Source: an uncultured Verrucomicrobiota bacterium (GTDB lineage: Bacteria > Verrucomicrobiota > Verrucomicrobiia > Limisphaerales > UBA9464). From it: a stretch of DNA of 63,518 nt. The notes below the pieces were generated by a model that saw only the letters and a program-made list of their open reading frames with translations, searched no databases and had not been told where the DNA came from. The translations under genes and the position numbers were made by a program. The first letter of the stretch is position 1. Each line of letters begins with the position of its first letter. This document shows, in pieces, positions 56,018 to 63,518 of the stretch. The stretch covers positions 1 to 63,518 of the forward strand of contig CAINWP010000040.1 of the NCBI GenBank assembly GCA_903854475.1, written 5' to 3'.

Positions 56018-57337
56018 ATGCCCCGGTTCCTTTGGCTGAATGATCGGATCACCCAGCACACGGTGCTTCGAGGGTTGGTTCCCGGATTTGCCCTCGTGAT
56101 GGTGCTTCTCGGTGCTGCCGGTCTGGTCGCCGTCCGACAAAGCCGTCAAATTCGCCGAAGTGCTGCCGCAATTGTCAGCAATCAACTGACCGTGACCCGG
56201 CTGATCCAAGAGGCTCAGGCTGAAGAAGACACACTCGCAGTCACTCTATACCGACTCCGATCCGAGGAATCCTCCGACCGACGAATCCAGCGCCTGCAGG
56301 AATTGAAGGAGGCCGATCGCTCTCTGGCTCGATTGGCTGAGGAGGCCTCACGAACTCCGGACGCGCTCCGGTGGAAAGATCTAGCGATCGAGACCCAATT
56401 GTTCTCCCGGGAAGCCGAACAAGCCCTTCGAAAAGGCATCTTGGTTTCGGATCAGGCCATGGCTCCCTTGTTTGCCAGGCATCAGCGCGTGTTAGCACTC
56501 ATTCGCGAACTCATCCAAACCAGCAACCAGCGTCTCATCCGCGAGGAACGGGAGTTAAACCTACAAATCCAGGAAATGGCGGATGGATCCACCTGGCTAT
56601 TGGGAAGCTCCTTCATCTTAGCGGCCGCCTGCGCGATAGGAACCATCCTGTATGTTCGATGGAGCATCCGACGAATGGAACAGCACACCGATCAGTTGAA
56701 CCGTGTTTCTTGGCACATGCTTCAAACCCAAGAGGAAGCGGCTCGTCGCTTTTCTCACGAATTGCATGATGAGTTGGGTCAATCCCTGGCCGCGATTCGA
56801 GCCAATCTCACTTTTCGCTCAGACAGTGATACCGAACAGCGTCGCTTCGACTGCGTGGCATTGGTGGACGAGGCGATTGCCAACGTGCGGGAACTCTCCC
56901 AACTGTTACGACCGGTCATGCTCGATGATTTCGGCTTGGAGGCGGGTCTCCGCTGGTTGGTGGAGAAATTCGGGCAACGCACCCGAATCCAAGTCCACTT
57001 CAAGTCCTCCTTGGAAACACGTTTGAACGGTGACATCGAAACCCATTTATTCCGTATCACCCAAGAGTCCCTAACCAACGTTGCACGGCACTCCTCCGCG
57101 ACCGAGGTATCCATCTGTCTCAGTGCTAAAGACGGCCAAGTCTCCTTGGTGATCGAGGACAACGGTATCGGCATTGCCAACGAAGATTCCAGACCGATGA
57201 GCAGTCTGGGATTGGTCGGCATGACCGCACGGGCACAGCAATGCGGTGGGTGGGTTCGGTTGGAACCCTCTGCCCCATCCGGCTTGCGGGTGGTGGTGCA
57301 AGTGCCACTCGTCGCTTTGGACCCACCCGCTGGATGA
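56018..57337 (+). CDS. Membrane sensor histidine kinase, HisKA_3 (NarX/UhpB type)
   Basis: Two TMs, 'HELHDELGQSL', 'QESLTNVARHS', 'EDNGIG' and 'GLVGM'. Confidence 0.95.
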   Translation: MPRFLWLNDRITQHTVLRGLVPGFALVMVLLGAAGLVAVRQSRQIRRSAAAIVSNQLTVTRLIQEAQAEEDTLAVTLYRLRSEESSDRRIQRLQELKEADRSLARLAEEASRTPDALRWKDLAIETQLFSREAEQALRKGILVSDQAMAPLFARHQRVLALIRELIQTSNQRLIREERELNLQIQEMADGSTWLLGSSFILAAACAIGTILYVRWSIRRMEQHTDQLNRVSWHMLQTQEEAARRFSHELHDELGQSLAAIRANLTFRSDSDTEQRRFDCVALVDEAIANVRELSQLLRPVMLDDFGLEAGLRWLVEKFGQRTRIQVHFKSSLETRLNGDIETHLFRITQESLTNVARHSSATEVSICLSAKDGQVSLVIEDNGIGIANEDSRPMSSLGLVGMTARAQQCGGWVRLEPSAPSGLRVVVQVPLVALDPPAG

Positions 57338-57467
57338 GGCCTACGGCCCAAACCATCAACGCTTTTTCATTCGGGCCAGCAGGACCTGGATTCTGGGATA
57401 AGGTATCCAGTTGGGCTTCTTGGTGTCGGAATTTCGGCGCCGAGCCGCCGGCCCGCACCGTTACCGA

Positions 57468-58973
57468 CTAGGGCTTCGGCCGGCCGGGGGCCTTGATCGT
57501 CGCCTTCGGAAGGGTCGACGAGTAGTCTCTCGAATCGGGCACCCCCCCACCGAGGGCCTTGTAAGCCTTCACCGCTGCCATGAGTTGAGTTTGTTTCATC
57601 TCGACGAGCTCTACCCGGGACTCGAGGGCTTCTCTTTGGGTGAGGAGCACCTCGGTGTAGTCGGCGCGCGCGGAGTTGAAGAGTTGAGAAGACATCGTAG
57701 CTGCCTCGGAAAGAGCTTCCACTTGCCGGGACTTCAATTCATATCCCTGCCCCACGTTGCGGACCTGGGAGAGCGCATTGACCACCTCGACGTAAGCCTT
57801 GAGCACTGTTTGCTGGTACCGGTAAACGGCAGCCACCTGGCGCGCTGACGCGCCTTTGAACGCTGCCTTGATGGCGCTGCGGTTGATGAGTGGACCGACC
57901 AAATTGGCAGTCGCGCCGTAGGCCATGTTCTCCTTTGCCAATATGGGAGAACCTAGAGTGAACGACTCGATGCCCAGGACCGCGGAGACGTTGAGCGCTG
58001 GATAGAATCGGGCCGCAGCAACCTTCACTTCCAACCCGGCCGCTTTGAGTTCCAGCTCCGCCTGTCGCACATCGGGTCTGTGCCGCAGCAGTTCCGAGGG
58101 GACACCGGCCTGCAGCGGGCTCAGCATCCGAATTTCAAAGCCGTCGGGACTGCGTTCTATGGGCTGGGGATAACGTCCGGTTAGCACGTTCAACCGGTTC
58201 TCGTTCTCAATGATTTGCTGTTGAATTGCGAAGAGCTTGCTCCGGTTCTTGGAAACCTCCGCCTCGAAACGGCGCACCGCCAACTCCGTCACACGGGCAG
58301 CGGACTTTTTGATCCGGACCGATTCAAGTGCCTTCTCCTGCATCTCCAGCATCCGTCGATAAATGGCCAACTGGCCATCCAGAGACAGCAGATCGTAGTA
58401 GGTTTCGGAAATCTCAGCGACGAGGTGAGTCACCATGAAATTCCGCCCCTCCTGCGTGGCGAGGTAGCGCTGGATAGCGGCATCGCGCTCGTTGCGCAGC
58501 TTCCTCCAGATGTCGACCTCCCAGTCCAGATCTGCCGCAACACCGTAGTTCGGCAACGGATCGGGAAACCTCTTTCCAGGTTGAATCTCGAGATTCTCTT
58601 CGACTGCCCCGTTGCGCGAGTTGACCGAAACTTTGTCGACCCCCGCGGTGCCCCCAAGCCGGACGAAGGGCAATAGCGCCCCCCTCCGCGCATCCGTCTC
58701 GGCCTTCGCTACGGCAACCTCCTGCATCAGGATGTTGAGTTCCTGATTGTTGGTCAACGCGGTGGAGATTAGAGAGATCAGCGCCGGATCTTGAAAATAT
58801 TCACGCCATCCAATGACCACAGCATTAGTGGCAGCCTCGGTGCCCGGAAAGCGATCCGGCAACGGGGCGACGGCAGAGGGCAGTGGGCCCGGCTTGGGGG
58901 CCACGCAACCCGGTGCGACCGCGAGGACCGCGGCGGCGACGAGAGTCCGGGTGAGCGTATAAGCGGATTTCAT
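57468..58973 (-). CDS. RND efflux outer-membrane lipoprotein (NodT/OprM/TolC family)
   Basis: Lipobox 'APGC', 'WEVDIWRKLR', 'PSELLRHRPDVRQAE' and 'YKALGGG'. Confidence 0.95.
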   Translation of the reverse strand: MKSAYTLTRTLVAAAVLAVAPGCVAPKPGPLPSAVAPLPDRFPGTEAATNAVVIGWREYFQDPALISLISTALTNNQELNILMQEVAVAKAETDARRGALLPFVRLGGTAGVDKVSVNSRNGAVEENLEIQPGKRFPDPLPNYGVAADLDWEVDIWRKLRNERDAAIQRYLATQEGRNFMVTHLVAEISETYYDLLSLDGQLAIYRRMLEMQEKALESVRIKKSAARVTELAVRRFEAEVSKNRSKLFAIQQQIIENENRLNVLTGRYPQPIERSPDGFEIRMLSPLQAGVPSELLRHRPDVRQAELELKAAGLEVKVAAARFYPALNVSAVLGIESFTLGSPILAKENMAYGATANLVGPLINRSAIKAAFKGASARQVAAVYRYQQTVLKAYVEVVNALSQVRNVGQGYELKSRQVEALSEAATMSSQLFNSARADYTEVLLTQREALESRVELVEMKQTQLMAAVKAYKALGGGVPDSRDYSSTLPKATIKAPGRPKP

Positions 58974-58981
58974 GGGCCGAT

Positions 58982-61900
58982 TTATTCCTTTTCGTGCTCT
59001 TCGCTGAGAGGCAATTGATCCTCGTCGGGCAACAGCTTGGAGCGCTGCGAGAGGCTGGCGAAGATGTAGTAGAGCCCCGGGATCACTATCGCTCCCATCA
59101 CCGTACCGAGGAGCATTCCACCTGCGGCGGAAGCTCCGATCGTGCGACTGGCGATGGCCCCTGCCCCGGTGGCGCGGAGCAGCGGGATCATGCCTGCGAT
59201 GAAGGCGAAAGAGGTCATCAAGATCGGACGAAACCGAGCCTTCGCCCCCTCGATCGCGGCATCGAAAATCGACATGCCTTGGAGTTGCTTTTGGGTGGCG
59301 AATTCCACGATGAGGATCGCGTTCTTGCCCAGCAATCCAACCAACATGATGAGTCCCACCTGAGCATAAATGTCATTGTCCAATCCCATCCACTTCAGCA
59401 GGAAGAACGAGCCCATGACACCGACCGGCAAAGAAAGGATCACTGCCAGCGGCAACAGGAAACTCTCATACTGCCCGACGAGCACGAGATAGACGAACAT
59501 CAGCACGACGATGAAGATGTAAATGGCTTCATTGCCGCGGCGCGCTTCATCGAAGGAGAGGCCTGCCCAAGCAATGTCGAAGCCGCGCGGAAGGGTCTTG
59601 GCTGCCACTTCCTGAATGGCCTTGATGGCGTCGCCCGAGCTGAATCCATCGGCGGGAGCACCCTGAATAGTGGGCGCCGGATAGGCATTGTAACGAGTGA
59701 TCTCGTTGAGTCCCAACTTGGGCTTCATCGTGACGAACGCCGAGTACGGGACCATATCCCCCTTGTCGTTAGCGACGTAGAGGTCGTTGAGATCCTTGGG
59801 AAGCCGTCGAAACTTAGGATCAGCTTGGATGTAGAGCTTGAAGAATTGACCAAACTTGATGAATCCCTGCTCGTAGGTGCTACCAATGAGGATTGAGAGA
59901 TTGTCCATGGCCTTGCCAATGGAGACGCCCTTTTGCATCGCGGTTTGGTTGTCGATGACCAACTCGATTTGCGGGTAGTTGGCGCTGAAGAACGTGAAGA
60001 GGCCCCGCAATTCTTTGCGCTTGGCCAATGCCTCCATGAACTCGCCGTTGACGACCTGAAGACGGTCGTAGTCACCCGTCGCGGTCTTGTCTAGAAGGCG
60101 GAGCGAGAAGCCGCCGGCGGCCCCATATCCAGGCACGGCGGGAGGTTCATAGAACTCGATCAGCACGCCCGGAATTGCCCGACAACGGCGTTCCAGCTCC
60201 GCGATGATCTGTGCCGCGGTCAGTTTGCGCTTCGACCAATTCTTAAGGTTGATGAGGCAGGTGCCGGCATTCGATCCGCGTCCCTCGGTCAATACCTCAT
60301 ATCCCGCGAGCGATGAGACCGACTCAACACCTTCGATCTGCCGAGCAATTTGCTGCAGTTCGGTGGACTTAGCGGAGGTACGCTCCAGCGTGGAACCGGG
60401 CGGCGTCTGAAGGATCGCGTAAATCATGCCTTGGTCCTCGGCCGGGATGAAGCCGGCGGGGATGCGCTCTCCCACCTGTTGGATCGCCACCATGGAGAGG
60501 ACGATGATAAGCAGGGTTACGAACCTGCGGTTTACGATACGCTTGAGTAGGCCAATATAGGAGTTGGTAAACTTATCAAAAAAGCGGTTAAACAGGGCGA
60601 GTAGCCAACCGATGGGACCCTTTGGCGCAGCATGCGCGTTGGGCGTTTTGAGGATCATCCCGCACAAGACTGGGGTTAGGGTCAACGCCATGACGCCCGA
60701 GAGCACGATGGAAACGGCCATGGTGATGGAAAACTCACGGTAGAACACCCCCACCGGACCGCTCATAAACGTCACTGGGACGAACACGGCCGTCATAACC
60801 AGAGTAATGGCGATCACCGCGCCGCCGATTTCATGCATCACCAGTTGTGTCGCCTTGTAGGGAGACAAACCGGTGTCATGCATCTTCGCGTGCACCGCTT
60901 CGACCACGACGATGGCGTTGTCGACGACGATACCGATGGCCATCACCAGAGCGAAGAGCGTGATGAGGTTAATGGTGATGCCCATCATCTTCATCAGGAA
61001 GAAGGTTCCGATGAGGGAGACCGGGATCGCGAGCGTCGGGATGAGTGTCGACCGGACGTCGCCCAGGAAGACGAAAACTACCAGCGCAACGAGGATGAAC
61101 GCCTCAATGAGGGTGTGGAGAACCTTCTCGAAGGATGCATCGAGGAAGGTCGAGACATCGTAGCTAATCTTGTAATCCATTCCTGACGGGAAGGATTTTG
61201 CTTTGAACTCGGCGAGCTTGGCCTTGACCTGACGGATGACGTCGTTGGCGTTACTGCCATAGCTCTGCTTGATCACGATCGCGGCGGAGGGACTGCCGTC
61301 GAGGTCTGAGTAAAGATCATAGAATTCGCTACCTAATTCAACGGTCGCAACGTCCTTCAGCCTCAGAAGTTCCCCCTTGTCCGTGGCCCGCAGGATGATG
61401 TTTTCATACTGTTCCACCTCGTTGAAACGGCCCACATAAGTCAGCACGTATTCGAGCGATTGCGAGGTCTTGCTGTCGGCGCGTCCGAGACGTCCGGGGG
61501 ATCCGATCACGCTCTGTTCGGCCAGGGATTTCATCACCTCTTCGGTGGCTATCTTGTAGGCACGCATCCGGTCCGGATTGAGCCAAACGCGCATGGCGTA
61601 CTGACGGGTGCCGAGGATCTTTGCCGAGCCGACGCCCGTAATTCGACTCAACTCGGGGATGAGGTTGACGTACCCGTAGTTGAAGAGGAACTGCATGTCC
61701 GCGTTCTTGTCTGTCGAATACAAGTTCACATACATCAGCATGTTCGGGCTGAGATTGTTCACGATCACGCCTTCGCGCTGAACCAGTGGCGGCAGACGGC
61801 TCATGACCTGATTCACACGGTTCATGACGTTCACCGTGGCCTGGTTGGGGTCGGTGCCCATGTTGAACACGACCTGAATCGTGGCCTCTCCCGCGCTGGT

Positions 61901-62146
61901 CGCGTCGGAAGTCATGTACTTCATGTTCGGAACACCGTTGATGGAGCGTTCCAGCGGGATGAGGCAGGACTCCTCGAGCACCTTGGCGCTCGCCCCCGGG
62001 TAGTCGAGGGTGACCATCACCACCACCGGAGCAACGTCCGGAAACTGGGAGATCGGCATGGTTGCGATCGACAACCCTCCCAGGAACAGAATCAGCAGAG
62101 AGATGACGATGGCCAGCGCGGGCCGGCGGAGAATTTGGGTAAACAT
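58982..62146 (-). CDS. RND efflux permease (HAE1/AcrB family)
   Basis: 'GIVVDNAIVVVE', 'KNAILIVEFA' and 'RFRPILMTS'; 1054 aa. Confidence 0.96.
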   Translation of the reverse strand: MFTQILRRPALAIVISLLILFLGGLSIATMPISQFPDVAPVVVMVTLDYPGASAKVLEESCLIPLERSINGVPNMKYMTSDATSAGEATIQVVFNMGTDPNQATVNVMNRVNQVMSRLPPLVQREGVIVNNLSPNMLMYVNLYSTDKNADMQFLFNYGYVNLIPELSRITGVGSAKILGTRQYAMRVWLNPDRMRAYKIATEEVMKSLAEQSVIGSPGRLGRADSKTSQSLEYVLTYVGRFNEVEQYENIILRATDKGELLRLKDVATVELGSEFYDLYSDLDGSPSAAIVIKQSYGSNANDVIRQVKAKLAEFKAKSFPSGMDYKISYDVSTFLDASFEKVLHTLIEAFILVALVVFVFLGDVRSTLIPTLAIPVSLIGTFFLMKMMGITINLITLFALVMAIGIVVDNAIVVVEAVHAKMHDTGLSPYKATQLVMHEIGGAVIAITLVMTAVFVPVTFMSGPVGVFYREFSITMAVSIVLSGVMALTLTPVLCGMILKTPNAHAAPKGPIGWLLALFNRFFDKFTNSYIGLLKRIVNRRFVTLLIIVLSMVAIQQVGERIPAGFIPAEDQGMIYAILQTPPGSTLERTSAKSTELQQIARQIEGVESVSSLAGYEVLTEGRGSNAGTCLINLKNWSKRKLTAAQIIAELERRCRAIPGVLIEFYEPPAVPGYGAAGGFSLRLLDKTATGDYDRLQVVNGEFMEALAKRKELRGLFTFFSANYPQIELVIDNQTAMQKGVSIGKAMDNLSILIGSTYEQGFIKFGQFFKLYIQADPKFRRLPKDLNDLYVANDKGDMVPYSAFVTMKPKLGLNEITRYNAYPAPTIQGAPADGFSSGDAIKAIQEVAAKTLPRGFDIAWAGLSFDEARRGNEAIYIFIVVLMFVYLVLVGQYESFLLPLAVILSLPVGVMGSFFLLKWMGLDNDIYAQVGLIMLVGLLGKNAILIVEFATQKQLQGMSIFDAAIEGAKARFRPILMTSFAFIAGMIPLLRATGAGAIASRTIGASAAGGMLLGTVMGAIVIPGLYYIFASLSQRSKLLPDEDQLPLSEEHEKE

Positions 62147-62163
62147 GGTGGGATACCTAGGGG

Positions 62164-63282
62164 CTATTCCGCACGGAGCTTCAAATTCTTGAAGGCCGCT
62201 TCTGGCTCGAGGAATTCAAACTCAGCCTTCTCTCCCGGTTTTGCCTGTCGAATTCCTTCAACCACGATCCGGTCCTTGTCGGTCACCCCGCTGCTCACGA
62301 GGAACACGTCTTCAATCTCCTCGCTAATGTGGATCCGTTGCTGACTCACAACGTCGTCCTTTCCAACCACCAGGACATAGTGGTGGTCGAGCACCTCGAA
62401 AGTGGCCTTCTGCGGCACCAGAACTGCGTCCTTTACCAACTTCCGCATTCGAATGGTGCCGGTTTCGCCATGGCGAAGCAGCTGGTTTGGATTCGGGAAA
62501 TCCGCGCGGAACGGAATTGTGCCGGTTTCGTTGTTAAACTCCGCCTCGATGGCATTAATACGGCCGGGATGCGGGAAGACCTTCCGGTTGGCCATGACCA
62601 GCTCCACGATCTTGCGGTCCTCCGGTTGGGCCTGGGAGGCGTACTCGAGATAATCCGATTCGGGCACATTGAAGTAGACCCAAACCTCGCTGTTGTCGGA
62701 GAGCGTGGTGAGCAAATCCCCCTCGTCCACCAGACTTCCGTTCCGCAAATGGAGTCGATCGACAAGTCCTGGGAACGGCGCCCGGATGTCAGTGAATCCG
62801 AGGTGTGCCTGAGCCAGATTCACGTGAGCTTTTTCTTTCTCCAGTTTGGCCCAAGCGATCGCTAACTCGGTCTCCGAGACAATCTTAGTGTCGGCCAATC
62901 GTTTGGTGTTGTCGTACTCCACCTTCGCAACCTGAGCCTCTGCCTCCGCCCGCCTCAGTTCTGCTTGATACACCAATGGCAGAATCTTGAACATGGCATC
63001 CCCCTGTTTGACCGTCTGACCCTCGGTGACCGCCACGCTTTCCAAATAACCCCGTTCCAAGGCCCGGATTTCGATATTACGGGACGAACGGATCTGACAA
63101 ACGAAGTCGCGGGACACCACCGTGTCCTTCCGCATGGGACGCGAGACCACGAGTTTCGCCTTTTCCTCCTCCTTCTCATGCTCGTGGCCCTCCTGAGGTT
63201 TATGGCATCCGCCCAGCAAAAAGGCGGTTGCAACGCCTCCGCACAAAAACGTTATCCAACCGCCAGATCCTCGCAGTTTCAT
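62164..63282 (-). CDS. RND efflux periplasmic adaptor (MFP), lipoprotein
   Basis: Lipobox 'LGGC', 'VTEGQTVKQG', 'IRAPFPG' and 'TGTIPFRADFPNP'. Confidence 0.94.
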   Translation of the reverse strand: MKLRGSGGWITFLCGGVATAFLLGGCHKPQEGHEHEKEEEKAKLVVSRPMRKDTVVSRDFVCQIRSSRNIEIRALERGYLESVAVTEGQTVKQGDAMFKILPLVYQAELRRAEAEAQVAKVEYDNTKRLADTKIVSETELAIAWAKLEKEKAHVNLAQAHLGFTDIRAPFPGLVDRLHLRNGSLVDEGDLLTTLSDNSEVWVYFNVPESDYLEYASQAQPEDRKIVELVMANRKVFPHPGRINAIEAEFNNETGTIPFRADFPNPNQLLRHGETGTIRMRKLVKDAVLVPQKATFEVLDHHYVLVVGKDDVVSQQRIHISEEIEDVFLVSSGVTDKDRIVVEGIRQAKPGEKAEFEFLEPEAAFKNLKLRAE

Positions 63283-63395
63283 CCTGCCAACAGTCTGGCA
63301 AGGTCAACCGCTACTCCGGTATCCCCTCCTCAAGGAGTATTGGCAACCGTGCATGGGGGCTACCACACCCTGAGCCTCGCCTGAGAACCTCCGAG

Positions 63396-63475
63396 GTACG
63401 GCGATTTCTCCGAAAGCGCCGCGTCCACAGACACGGACCGCCGCAGGGGCGGACCGCTCGGAGATCGGTCCCTAC
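63396..63475. repeat. REP-like unit, inverted copy of the element at the window start
   Basis: GTAC+GGCGATTTCTCCGAAAGCGCC at 63396-63420 and GGACCGCTCGGAGATCGGTCC+CTAC at 63451-63475; these are reverse complements of 221-245 (one mismatch) and 84-108. Confidence 0.85.
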
Positions 63476-63518
63476 CTAGGAACAGCATCGGAACGTCGGC
63501 AGAGTCGGATGATCGGAC

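Overview
A GC-rich bacterial genomic window. DUF1549/DUF1553, DUF1501 and DUF5069 genes, LptD and the flagellar protein style suggest the PVC superphylum, most likely Verrucomicrobiota; this is inferred, not searched. Positions 1-22.6 kb hold housekeeping and PVC-typical genes: lptD, tilS, an NtrC-type activator, TlpA, glgP, a class I aldolase, tgt, ferredoxin, an MFS transporter, a PQQ-propeller protein and a DsrEFH-like trio. Positions 22.6-52.3 kb are a flagellar locus made of two divergent operons with back-to-back sigma-54-type promoters. The rightward operon runs flgB to flhF. The leftward operon runs Sel1/pseudo-protease, IS256-derived gene, small membrane protein, fliA, motA, motB, Cys-motif protein, fliD, lipoprotein, flgM-like, fliS, fliT-like. 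No fliC, flgF/G, flgA/H/I, flgK/L, flhG or che genes are recognisable. Next come a pentapeptide-repeat K+-channel-like gene with an HDOD gene, a NarL-type two-component system and an RND efflux operon. GTAG-type REP elements lie at both ends. Most notable: (1) the channel carries a FliD-like domain in its outer loop and shares an exact sigma-28-type promoter motif with the flgM-like gene; (2) an intact but catalytically degenerate IS256 transposase homologue and a triad-less Sel1-protease are translationally coupled at the head of the fliA-motAB-fliD operon; (3) FliM lacks the CheY-binding N-terminal peptide. All assignments come from reading motifs by eye; no database searches were run.
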